Below, one piece after another: positions 1 to 12,290 of a DNA stretch of 64,000 nt; position 1 is the first letter of the stretch; every line of letters starts with the position of its first letter. The DNA comes from Octopus sinensis (taxonomy: Eukaryota): the NCBI RefSeq assembly GCF_006345805.1, contig NC_043001.1, positions 121,520,001 to 121,584,000 on the forward strand. Reading direction: 5' to 3'. The translations under genes were made by a program, and so were the position numbers. The notes under the pieces are model-generated. The model saw only the letters and a list, made by a program, of their open reading frames with translations, did not search any database and had not been told where the DNA came from.

Positions 1-281
1 GCCTTCACCGGGAAAAAAATATAGACTGCTCTACCTCTTAGAATGTGCTTCTTCTCCGGATTTATGTTTTTGTAAAAACGATACACGCACAAACATATCA
101 GATGAAGTTCAGTTGTATTTAGTCATAATGTCATAGAAATACTTTTTGACAGTTCACATAAAACATGTGTTCTTGGCACACTTAAATGACTTCTTCACGA
201 TAATGCAACTGTTTCACTTTCAAAACATGGTCTCAGATGTGTAAGTGTATGTAATTGCGTGTATATGTGTATCTAAATATT

Positions 282-284
<3 letters not shown>

Positions 285-321
<37 letters not shown>

Positions 322-455
322 GAACGTAGTTATGCGTGTGTAAAGAGACAGATAGTTAAAGTTAGATTAGGCCGATCTATGGGATTACCCTGGGTTTCAC
401 ATCCATAAAGCGCTTGGCTTACAGCATATTGTCAGATCCCAAACGTGTTTGGCTC

Positions 456-498
<43 letters not shown>
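285..498. repeat. Two (TA)n microsatellites; many similar (TA)n/(CA)n tracts occur throughout the window
   Basis: Direct inspection. Confidence 0.9.
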
Positions 499-500
<2 letters not shown>

Positions 501-812
501 TATAATTATATAAAGTTGTGAAAATCCAAAGTCGGGGTAGAAATCTATAGTTATGCTTATATATATATGCTCACCAAGTATTAATAGGCAATAATAAACT
601 CATATATTTAGGTGATAAAGTGGGTATATTAATGATAATGATTATATAATATACATGTGTGTAATTCAAAGAAATACAATTATTTGCAAAAAAATAATTA
701 CATTCCACAGAAAAAGAAAGACTAAATGAAGAGTTAAGAGATGTCAGGGAGAAAGAAGCGACATGAACAATATGAGATGGAACCGAGTGTGGATAAATTG
801 TATAAATCTTAC

Positions 813-940
813 GTACTTATTATTCCAGCTGTATATGTAGGCTCCGGTTCAATTGGAGAGAAACCACTTGTAGAACTAGAGGCATCAGTGACAGTGTCGG
901 AGCGATCGTCACGTTTGGACGTCTCAGATGACGATGCCAT
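813..940 (-). CDS. Possible first coding exon of a further gene running off the left edge (MASSSETSKRDDRSDTVTDASSSTSGFSPIEPEPTYTAGII)
   Basis: agcATGG context, donors GTACGT (816) or GTAAGA (812), upstream acceptor near 1057, CpG-rich; no recognised homology. Confidence 0.3.
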
Positions 941-2081
941 GCTGCCGGTTGCGGACCTTGCATTCGGCTGAGGGAAGAAACTAAGGCACCGACTGATGAA
1001 TGTGGTGGTGGCGGGAAGAAGGGCAGCAACGGAGGGGGTGCGAAAGAAAATATGACCTAATGGTTTATGTAAAGGTGAAAACATAAATCGAGTCATTTGA
1101 TTTAGGATTGTTTTTGAATGCTTTCTTTCGTGGGCGTTTTATCGTTCATTGTAGCTGTTGCATAAAGAGAATTCCATGTAGTAAATTTGATAGAAGAATG
1201 GTCGAAACTTAATGTGAAAGTTCCAAAGTAAATAAACAATGTTGGTAAGGAGAATAGAGCACGGCGAGTGAGTTATCTCCCTTGGTGTTTTAGAGCTCCG
1301 AAAAAAAAAGAAATTAAAAAAGTTAAGCGAGAAGTAAATAAAGATGAATGGAAGAATGAATGAGAAGACAGAACGATGGATGAGAAAGAAAATATTTAGG
1401 TGATATAAATATCGGAGACGCTTTGCCATACGCAGAAACTGCAGGAGCTACTCAGAGGTATTGCAAGCTCGGCGGAGGTAAAGAATACGTACACCACCCG
1501 TTTTCGGCGTAACAAAAACCCAAGCCCTAACCGTAAACACCGGGTGTACGTATTCTTTACTTTCGCCGCAAGCTCTCCTGGCTCCATCGCAATATTAAAA
1601 AACCTGTCCGTATCATCAACACGTATCTCAGTGTCACAAACGTTTCGCTTCATACTCTATAAGCTTCACCTGAGTGCGACTGACAGTGGGGACTAAATCA
1701 GTCTTCGCCTGCGGAAGGGTTCAACTTGAGGTCTCTTATCAACCATAGCTACTTTTATATATAATTTAATTTAATATAGTTAGTGCATCGGTAAATAGTA
1801 GGACTTGGCTATGATAGACTCCCAAAGAAAGTCCTATTCTTGCAACCGACTAATGGCTATCGAAACATTAGTAAATCTAAATTGAGACTGAAGACACTGT
1901 CAAGCGGAACTCTATCCCCACCGACAAGTGGAGCCAACTAACCAGTGATCACTCTGGAGAAATTTGGTTCAACAAGTCAATCATAGTCGTTGACGACGGA
2001 CCAGAATTAGTAAGTACAAAAACTGACACTTCGTTCCTATAAAATTTTTTTACTTTGTCAGAAGCTAATGTTTACTACTTC

Positions 2082-2305
2082 AGCTGGCAGAGTCGTTAGC
2101 ACGCCGGGCGAAATGCGTAGCCGTATTTCGTCTGCCGTTACGTTCTGAGTTCAAATTCCGCTGAGGTCGACTTTGCCTTTCATCCTTTCGGGGTCGATAA
2201 ATAAAGTACCAGTTACGCACTGGGGTCGATATAATCGACTTAATCCGTTTGTCTGTCCCTGTTTGTCCTCTCTGTGTTTAGCCCCCTGTGGGTAGTAAAG
2301 AAATA
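2082..2305 (+). mobile_element. tRNA-headed SINE family A
   Basis: A box tggcagagtcg, B box gttcaaattcc, core gcctttcatcctttcggggtcgataaa (resembles the Deu/Nin SINE core), tail aaagaaata. Confidence 0.9.
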
Positions 2306-2815
2306 AATACTAGAGTTGTTTACATGGTTGATCTTTCGCTTCAAAAAATCGCCGTTTTCATGGATTAAAAGTGTTAGTTTTATAATTTTTTGAAAACAAA
2401 TAATAATAATATATAATGTCTTTGAATATATCTTCAAATCCATCGTTAAAAAAGGTATAACGCCACGTAATCCCGATTAAATAAGAACTATGTAATGTGT
2501 ACTAATGTCTCTTTTAGTTCTTCGTTTAGCACACGTCCACAGCTCATGAACATAGTTGGCAGCTGCATGTGTAACTGGATCGATGAAGTGAATGATTGAC
2601 CCTTAAGTGCTGAACATCAATTTGATTGCAAAGTCGAATGGGATGAAGAAAGCTTTAATTTTGCATTCAAGTATTTACAATTAATAATTCTAATCCTCTT
2701 CTATTAACATTCGATACATTTGGATAGATAATAGCCATGCTTTGCTTACGTAAGGAATATAATCAAAATGTTTGGTGGATTCGAGAAACAATATTAAAGT
2801 CACAAAATTATAGTA

Positions 2816-4016
2816 TTGAGTCATCCCATAAATAATGCGGTTTTTTCACTTGCATGAACTAAAAGTCGGAGGGGGACGGGATAAACTATCTGCATCAACT
2901 TGCTATCAAAACAGGTAGTAAATTTACCTTGTACTTAGTCTTGATGCAAGTTTTGAAAAGTGCTGTTCGATTTTAATAATTATTTTTTAAGAGCTATAAT
3001 GGAATTCACAAAGGAGCATATTTTGCTTTATGAGTTCAATAAAGGCATCAACGCAACGGAAAGTGCAAAGGATATTAATGCAATATATGGGATCAGACAA
3101 TAAATGTAAGCCAGTGTCAACAGTGGTTCCAGAAATTCTGAGCCAGAAACTACAGCCTAGATGAGACTCATTCTGGAAGATCTGTAAAGCTCAATGAAAA
3201 CATCCTGTAAACCCAGGTGGAACAAAATCCTATCATAACTGTTGAGGAACTTAGAAGAGAAGCTTGGATTTGGTCATTCAACCATTCATCAACCCCAGCA
3301 TGCCATCGGAAAAGTCAGCAAATTAGGTCGATGGGTTTATGAATCGTGCACAGAGAGTGAATGTGGGCTCTTCTTTGCTGGCACGTCCCACAAATGAACC
3401 TTTTTTTGGACTGAGTAGTGACTGATGACGAGAAATGGGTTCTCTATAAAAATGGCAAGCGCCGAAGAAAGTGGGTTGGGAAAGGAGAAATACTGGCACC
3501 CCAGGTTAAACATGGTCTTCACCCATGTAAGGTGTTATCTGTTTGGTGGGATATGAAAGATTTAGTCCACTTTGAACTTTAAGCCCAAACCAAATAACAA
3601 AGGAGATCAATTGCGAACAGCTTGAGCAGGTTAAGTCAGTGCTAGAAGGAAAATGACCATCTTTGGTTCTTCCATCAGGATAATGCTCGGTCACATACAG
3701 CGAGGGTGACATTGCAAAATCTGGAGCAGTTTGAATAGGAAACAATGCCCCACCCACCATAATCGCTGGACATTGCCCCATCTGATTATCATTTATTCTG
3801 CAGTCATCAAAATCATTTGGACAGAAAAAATATGAATTCTGTAGATGAGGTCAAAGCAGTACTTAGGAGTATTTTTTGTCATGAACAAGTGAATTTTGGA
3901 AGAAGGGCCTTGCAAGTCAATCAGATAGATGGAAGAGCATTGTAGAAAATATTTTAGATTAAAAAAGAACTTTATCTTAATTTTGAAAAACAAACATTAT
4001 TTATGGGATGACTGAA
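2816..4016 (+). mobile_element. Degenerate mariner (DD34D) transposon
   Basis: TIRs ttgagtcatcccataaataatg / cattatttatgggatgactgaa with TA flanks; fragments VTDDEKW, HQDNARSH, SLDIAPSDYHLF with many stops and frameshifts. Confidence 0.92.
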
Positions 4017-4155
4017 TATTTTACCCGTTCCATTTCATAACAAAAACATTGTTTTACAAAGAAGTCATTTTTACTTTCCAGCTTCTAAACCTTGTACTTT
4101 TGGTAAGGTAAACCCTTTCCTTGGGAGAAGGGCTAAACAACAACAAAAACAAGAA

Positions 4156-4992
4156 CCCCTTAATGGATCAATTATTTTGACAGGGCGTTTCATTTTTTTA
4201 TTTCCTTTTTTAATTATATACACTGTGTTAATTACAAAAAAAAATTTTTTTGTCTTGTTTCCGTTATTTTTTATTATAGAAATTAAAATGTACGTTTACT
4301 CATTTGGATTTAAATGAGTTAACTCAGACTGATAAAATACATATAACTTAACTATCTTCGATTTTTTTATAAGATGTATTGCTTTTAAATCAAAGGAAAA
4401 TTTTTTTTGAAGGAGATGCACAATTTCTTTAGAATGATCATTTTTAAAACAAGGAGTTACACAAAATTATCTCGCAGACATCACACATGTATCTGCTTTC
4501 TCTTTGAATCTTCTTTCCTCTAGCGTCTCTCTTCACTGCGCATTTTGCACACTGTCTTGTAGGGTTCTTTTTCTTATCACTTGGTGGTATTTCCATGGGA
4601 AAATGACCAGCTGGGGCAAATCTTGTTGGATATGGGATCGATGATGGTTTTCCTGGTTTTGTGGGAGGCAATAAGGGCCTATATTTTTCAATAATCTTGG
4701 TGATTATTTGCATTCTAAATTTCAGTGGTTTCATAGCAGAACTGAAGATTCCAAAGATGCTTTATACAAAACATAAGCATTCCAGATAGCCAAATCCATC
4801 AAATGAAAAAATACCTTTTTTTTCTTAAACAACGCGAGTAAATTCATGATTGCTCAAAAAATGAAACAACACAAAACAAATAAACTCGTTGAGGGCTAAA
4901 ATTAAAAGTTAATTTTGACAGAGTATACTCGTCTGGTTCTAAAAAGATACATTTGCGATGCACGAGTAAACTCGGGATAATCCATTAAGGGG
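4156..4992 (-). mobile_element. Internally deleted piggyBac (PGBD4-like) element
   Basis: TIRs CCCCTTAATGGAT, TTAA at right end; KVFFHLMDLAIWNAYVLYK and Cys-rich C-terminus HFP..IP..KKNPTRQCAKC...RESRYMCDVC. Confidence 0.9.
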
Positions 4993-5169
4993 TTAAGATG
5001 CTGGAGGAAAGACATTCTCAGACTGCTCTTACTACATACACACCACAGAATAAATCACTGCATGTCATAGTACATAATAATGGCTCTCTACAAAGCAAGA
5101 AATATTCAGAGGATATTTGTAATTAACCAATCAATGGTTCACTACATTTCTGACTGTAAAATTAATAAG

Positions 5170-5720
5170 GTAGCATCTTTAGCTTGATGGCTTTTGTTCA
5201 AACCCACATGGTTTTGGGTTTAGTCCCACTACATGGTACATTGGGCAAGCATCTTCTGCTGTAGCCTCAGGCTGACCAAAGCCTTAAGTGGATTTGGTAG
5301 ATGGAAACTGAAAGAAGCCCATCATGTGTATCTTTATCTTTTATCTTTTAGTTGTTTCAGCCATTTGACTGTGGCCATGCTGGAGCACCGCCTTTAGTCA
5401 AGCAAATCAACCCCCAGGACTTATTCTTTGTAAGCCTAGTACTTATTTTATCTGTCTGTTTTGCTGAACTGCTAAGTTACAGGGACGTAAACACACCAGC
5501 ATCAGTTGTCAAGCACAGACACACAAACATATACACACGCATACATACACATATATACATACAACGGGCTTCTTTCAGTTTCCATCTACCAAATCCACTC
5601 ACAAGGCTTTGGTTGGCCCAAGGCTATAGTAGAAGACAATTGCCCAAGGTGCTATGCAGTGGGACTGAACCCAGAACTATGTGGTTGGTAAGCAAGCTAC
5701 TTACCACACAGCTACTCCTA
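5170..5720. mobile_element. SINE family B: 5' half (+, about 5170-5325) abutting a full copy (-, about 5345-5720)
   Basis: Head gtggctgtgtggtaag..ggttcagtcccac, core ccttgggcaagtgtcttctactatagc..gtggatttggtagacggaaactg (resembles the Meta-SINE core), internal TA/TG microsatellite, tail gactgaaacaagtaaaagag. Confidence 0.88.
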
Positions 5721-5731
5721 TGCCTATTGTA

Positions 5732-5773
<42 letters not shown>

Positions 5774-7335
5774 TGTGTTACTGTCTCCTGGCCTTAACAT
5801 CATATGATAGTTGTATGTACTCAATAGGTAGTGTCCTTTGTTTCCAATCTTCCAAGACATCTGGTTATAGGGAAAATATTACCTTAATTGGTAACAGAAA
5901 GGGCCTCTGGCCATAGAAAATCTGCCTCAACTAATTCCATCCAATCTACGAAAGTGTGAAAAAGTGAATGTTAAACGACGATGATGATGATATTTACATT
6001 CTTCAACAGGTAAGCATACAAATGACAGGATTCTGCACAATTTTCATATATTAAATTCCAATCACAGTGTATTGGTTTAGTTTGAGAACTATGGTAGAAA
6101 ATACTTGGTCAGATGCTGAGCATTGAGATTGAACCCAGAACCATGCAGTTATAAACTACACAACCATACCTGCACCTTACCTATGTATCACTGACCAGCT
6201 TATAATCTGAGCTGGAGTTAGCTTAACTTTAACATTTATTCTATTTTTACTTTTGCATGGATTGCTTAGTTACTATTTCTTTTTTTGCTGTTTTTTAATG
6301 AAAGGAAGAGCCTAAAATATAAAGGACTTAAGGGGATCATGTCAGAGAAAAGGATGACAGTTATACCATGCTTCAAGTAGAGGCGAGACATCATAGGTTT
6401 GTATTTAAATCCACAGTGTCCTGCCTGGTTAGCATCAGACTTAGAGCGGACAACAAAACAGTGATTTGTGAACAGCAGAAAGAAGAAAAATTTTCGTCAT
6501 GGATATCACAAAGGCATATGAGAGGAAAACTGAAGCTGAGAGCTAAGAACAAATATCCTCAATGAAGAGTAAAGCAAAAAAAGTTGCTTATGACTGAAAT
6601 GCATGTGGAAACTTTATGGATGGCAAAGAAAAAAATGCTTGCCTCAATAGTGGGTAAAAAAATGAAAAGGTTACTTCCTGATAGCATAAACACTGTTCAG
6701 GTATGACTTTAAATTATATCCTGTAGTGGGACCTTAGCTTAGGAGTTTCAAGGTTTTGAAGAGTTTGGAACCACTATTGTCCCCAAAACTAGTCTGACCT
6801 AGAGTAGAAGCACTTGTCAGGGTCCTAGCTATGGGTTAATTAGCATATTAGGGCTTGCCTGCTTATGTATGTGAAGACTGGATACTGCAGACTGTGTGGA
6901 AGAAATTTTCATGGTTCAAGAGACAGGAAGGTGGTTGCAGCAACACTTTGTTGAGTTCAAAGAGTAAAATAAGGCAAGTCAGACATCTTAGACATCCTCT
7001 GCGTCTGCCTCCATCTCCAACTGACTTGACCAAATCTTTGCCAGTGGAGTGAAGATGGTCACAGACAAGAGAGTGCAGTTGACAATGCACAACTCTTCTT
7101 CACTTAAAAGAAAGTCATTTGCACAAGTCATCAGTCATCGTCAAGATGATCAGATGGTCCTTATTGCTACAACAGACAAACACAGTGATTACCTGGCACC
7201 ATGGAGCCAATATTGTTGAGAAGGTGACAATCACTGAGACTTCCAGTCAGCAGCTGATAAAAGAGTGTCCAGCCATGTACATTGTATGAAAAGTATAAGG
7301 AGCTCCCTAAACACAACATTCACATGTTCAGTCTC

Positions 7336-7665
7336 ACTGCGTGGGACCTTGGGCAAGTGTCTTCTACTATAGCCTCGGGCCAACCAAAGCCTTGAGAGTG
7401 GATTTGGTAGGCAGAAACTGAAAGAAGCCCATCGTATATATGTGTGTGTGTGTGTATATATATAATATGTATGTATGTTTGTGTGTCTGTTTGTCCTCCC
7501 AACATCGCTTGACAACCGATGCTGGTGTGTTTACGTCCCCGTAACTTAGCGGTTCGGCAAAAGAGACCAATAGAATAAGTACTAGGCTAACAAAGAATAA
7601 GTCCTGGGGTCAGCTTGCTCGACTAAAGGCGGTGCTCCACAAATGACTGAAACAAGTAAAAGAGT
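7336..7665 (+). mobile_element. SINE family B, 5'-truncated
   Basis: Family B body. Confidence 0.88.
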
Positions 7666-8995
7666 ATTAAAATATATTAATTTATTAAAAGTTATACAAC
7701 CTGTTATTTCAAACAATTTACCAAGAAATTTATGTTCTTCATTTTTAACAGAAATTTATTTAATTTCATAAAATTCTATTTTGGAAAATATTTTTATTCT
7801 CATTTAGATTGAAATGAAGTCAAATAGTAATAAATAGACAAAGAGGTAGAGAAATGTATAAATAATTCAACAATATTTTGAAAACAAGTGACAGAAAAGA
7901 AAATTTCACATAAATCATTCTGTATCTTTAGCAAGTATTTCATTTTGGGACACAAACATGATGGTTCTTAATAGAACCATTTTTACTCTGTAATTCCAGG
8001 TAGGGAAAGAGAGGAGTGGGGACAGGAAGATAGATGGGAGCTAGCAAATGTATATGTAAATGTAGTAATGCACTGTGCATTTACAGAATCAGTATGTACC
8101 AGGTGTACATTAAATAAGTATGTAATGGATTTTATATGGTTTCGTAGTGTGTCTAGCATTTTATATAATTTTTGAATATATATGATACTGGAGTGTTTGT
8201 ATCGGTATTCTTCAACTGGACTGCTACAATATCTTGGAATGCAACTAATTTTAACTTAGTGGTGCTTTAAGATCTGCAATGATCCTTTACAAATTTGGGA
8301 CATTAATGCTAGAAATTCTAAAGAGTTAACTCTGAAGTGAATATATAAGACTTATAAAGTACATTCATTGACAACGGACTCAATGAAACAAATTTTCTGT
8401 TGTGTGTGTATGTGTATGTGTGTGATTCACCAATATTCAGAACATAGCTTCTAACAATAAATTAACATGCAGCTATTTTTTTGGTTTTTTTGCTTTTTTT
8501 TCATATATACATCCTGTGGCTTGCTACTAATTATTATAAATGAATAAATAAAAGCAGCATTATTGTACATGCATAATTAAATAGAACTTGAAATACAACA
8601 AAGTAAAACTTTAAAAAAAAAGAATTGTTTCTGTCTGGAAAAAATAAATACCACAGTTTTTGTAAGGGCATGTTTTTTTTTTAGTTTTTTTTTTAGTTTT
8701 CTTCTTATCATTATTAATTAATTATTATTATTTGTTTTTTGTTTTTTTGGTTATTTTTCTTATTTTCTGTTACATTTACTTTTGACAGTGTAACACCATC
8801 TGTGATCTTAGACTGTATCCAAGAATATGTAGATCATTCTATTCTGTAAGAACTCGATAGGAGACCGAATTAACAACACCAAAGAGATTATTGCTGTTTA
8901 AGTCACCTATTAAGACTGGGAAAGCTTTTTGTTGTTGATAAATGTTAATAGAAGTGCTGGTCTGAATCAGTATTAGACTAGATATCTCTCACTGT

Positions 8996-9025
8996 TCAAT
9001 ACGGAGAATATTTCACCAGAAAGTT
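8996..9025 (-). CDS. TCFL5-like terminal coding exon NFLVKYSPY*
   Basis: Very long polypyrimidine tract + cag acceptor, phase 0, TGA; followed by an AT-rich, SINE-free stretch (about 7700-8990) that looks like 3' UTR. Confidence 0.7.
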   Translation of the reverse strand, partial: NFLVKYSPY

Positions 9026-9345
9026 CTGAAAACAAAAAATAAAGAAAAGTGAAAGGAAAATTTTTAATGTTTTCACTGCTTGAAACATGACAGAAAAAGT
9101 GTTCATTAAAAAAATTAAGCCTGTATCCAGTACAAGAAACATTTCATAATTAAAAGCTTAAAACCAACAGAAACAATTACTGGAGCAAAAACAACTGTTT
9201 ACTTGACCTGCTAGAAATAGCAGCCAAATTTCCCTCAAATCACTCCATACAATATTTAAAAAAATTTTAAATCGAATAATTTAGACATATGTATACATAT
9301 ACCACACACACAGTGTCCAAAAATTGAAAATTGATAAAAGAGGTA

Positions 9346-9384
<39 letters not shown>

Positions 9385-12248
9385 ATATGAAGGATAAGAC
9401 TTGCGTAACAGGAGGAGTGATAGGTGCAAAAAGTGGGTTTACACAAAGACAGTTTACAATTAAAAGAGAAGAGACCATTGCCAAAGTGGTAAGAATTAGA
9501 AAGAAGACATAACTTGAAGGCTAATAATTTACTGAGTGACTGATGATTGAAATAATGATCATCAAAGACAGCAATCCATGCCTTTTTTTTTTTGTTACAC
9601 CACAGACCAGTTTCCCGCAACACAACTTTTCCACCAACTGGAAGATCATGCATGGCACAAAGTATAATAAAGTGCATATTAAATAATTTAATTATTACAT
9701 ATATCATCATCATCATCATCCTTTATGGGTTGGACAGTTTGACCAGAACAAGCAAACTGGAGAGCTGTACCAGGTTCCAGTTGATTTGACTTGGTTTCTA
9801 TGGCTGGATGCCCTTCGTAATGTCAATATATATTACATAATACATACACAGGCTGCGATAATCAATATCAAAGACTGCCATAGTCAATAAAATAGAAATT
9901 GAATTTTAAAAATAACTATTTGTGACAGAAGCAGTACTAGTGCCAAAAGGCAAACTTTATATCCAACTCAATGTGAATGTCTTGTTAGAATACTAAATAC
10001 TGTGGTTGGGGCCTTGAAAGGTCCTCTCATATAGGTGAATGGTTCATAAAAGCACAGACTTATAATGTAGCAGATGAGAATCATCTGTTATGGACAGCAG
10101 AATTGCCAGACCACATGATTTCAGTCTGCTGGACTTCTTCAGAGGGAGGTGTCCAGTGACCACATACCAGCAAATCTCACTGCCACAATATACAGAATTT
10201 CAGAGAGTTTTCAATCAATGATGCCACAAATAGCCAGCTGGCTTATAAAGAAATAATTTTAAGTAATGAAAGCAATATTAGTACCAAAAAGTATTATTCT
10301 TATTGAGTGGTCCTGAACTTAAGGACATTAAGAAGATAAGGTCTGATGGTGCACAGAACTTAGTGTGCGTGCAGGATTCAAGCAGAGAATATCTACGACT
10401 TATACAATTCAAGAACTATTTCAGGACTGAAGGTTATCTAGCATTTATAAAGGAAACAAATCTTTTGAAGCAGTTATAGATACGTAGTAAAGGTGCACAG
10501 TCTAGTGGTAGGGTGTTTGGTTCATGATCAACAAGTCATAATTTTAATTTCTGGACTATGCTTGAACATTTCATATTAATTCAGTCTACCCAGCTGCAAT
10601 GTATAGCCCTCTCACTCTCTAGTTGTCATCTCATGGATGTTTCACTAGGTCAAGAAGTGGTGAAAGGAATACTTGCTTACGATTACATAATGACCTACAA
10701 CAACAATTAGAGACAGTTGGTGCATATTACCAAGCTATATCTGCTTGCAAATGACATCTGGCCATACATATTTATTGATGTATGGTCAGCCTGAAAGAAG
10801 GTCATCAAAGATTATAAAGAATCTGCAAAAGAAAATTGGGTTTTTTAGCTGTTGTACCGAGTAGTAGTGAGAATATAATAAAGCTATACAAGCTGTATAT
10901 CTTTCTTGAGTATTGTAGGTTTGATTTCCTGAGATGTGTGAATGAGACTGAGTTGTTGAGAGCTCATATTTTCACAGCTAACCCAGTCCAGTCCTCTGGA
11001 TCATCATCATCGTTTAACATCCACTTTCCATGCTAGCATGGGTTGGACGATTTGACTGCGGTCTGGCGAACCAGACTCCAATCTGATCTGGCAGAGTTTC
11101 TACAGCTGGATGCCCTTCCTAACGCCAACCACTCCGAGAGTGTAGTGGGTGCTTTTTACATGCCACCGGCACAAGGACCGGTCAGGCGGTACTGGCAATG
11201 GCCACACTCAAATGGTGCCTTTTATGTGCCATCTGCACTGGAGCCAGTCCAGCGGCACTGGCAACGAACTCGCTCGAATGTTTTTTCACGTGCCACCAGT
11301 AGTGCCATTTCTCTTATATTCACCTTCTTGTAACGTAAAAGTACACCTCTTTTCCAGTTGGTGTAGCCATGTGTCCTCACCACAACAAGACACTTGTTTC
11401 TGTCCCTCTGTCATACTTTAACCTTTCATCACCTGGCATAAGACACCTCCCTTAATACTGCATCCCACTCTCTCTGTTGAGGGGGATGGGGCTTGTCATA
11501 CAAGTTATTTGATAACCTCACTAGTGCTGGTGCCATTTAAAAAGAATGCAGAACATTCTGTGAAGTGGTTGGTATAAGGAAGGGCATCCAGCTGTAGAAA
11601 TCATGCCATAACTGACATAGGTTCGTCAGTTCCTGTCACAGCATTCAACCCATGTTAGCATGGAAACTGACATTCATCAGTAATGATGATGATGATGATG
11701 ATGATGAGCACACCTTGTCAGACCTGAAAAGGAATGCGGGTGATTTGAAAGTCTAGAAAATCAACATTTAATATAGAAGAGATAAATTAACCTTGAGGTA
11801 TATTCATTTATGAATGACAGAATCTTATCAGCAAAAGCCACTAAGCAGTAACTTAAGAGAAATCTCCCAAGTTAAATGGTTAGAAGTTGTAAGAGTAAGA
11901 AGCTTTGCCAAAAATTTCACATCAAATAAATGCATGTTTGCCAATGAGAGCAAGAGATCATGGATATGCAATGTGAGAGAGGCCATCAGCAAATATGGTT
12001 TATAGAAATCATAGTCACTGAATGGCAAGTGATAAATGATTCTTATGACTGTTTCCACTACTCGTGAAATGTTGGATATGATACCAACATGCTAGTTAGT
12101 AGCTGGTGGAGCCAGAAATCCTCTGCATCTTTTGTTCAATCTGCCAGCCACTTTACAGGGTCTTCAGGGTGCATTTTAAGGCATCAACACAGGATAGATT
12201 GATTACGTGATACACTTGTCACTTACAAAAGCATGAGTTGTATGTGTG

Positions 12249-12290
<42 letters not shown>

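Noticed and set aside
1625-1685. Hammerhead-like fold on the minus strand (gctt..aagc GAAACGTT with a pairing helix I)
   Set aside because: Core reads CTCAGGTGA rather than CTGANGA; too degenerate to call, though it would fit a PLE origin for 740-1740.
5352-5807. Recurrent ORFs such as MFQPFDCGHAGAPPLV..., MSSDVG..., ...LDALPNANH...
   Set aside because: Translations of SINE B and RTE 3' UTR copies that recur throughout the window.
9840-10320. Possible Tc1-like remnant (ARPHDFSLLDFF resembling PRSPDL.PLDFF)
   Set aside because: Single weak motif, no convincing TIR pair.
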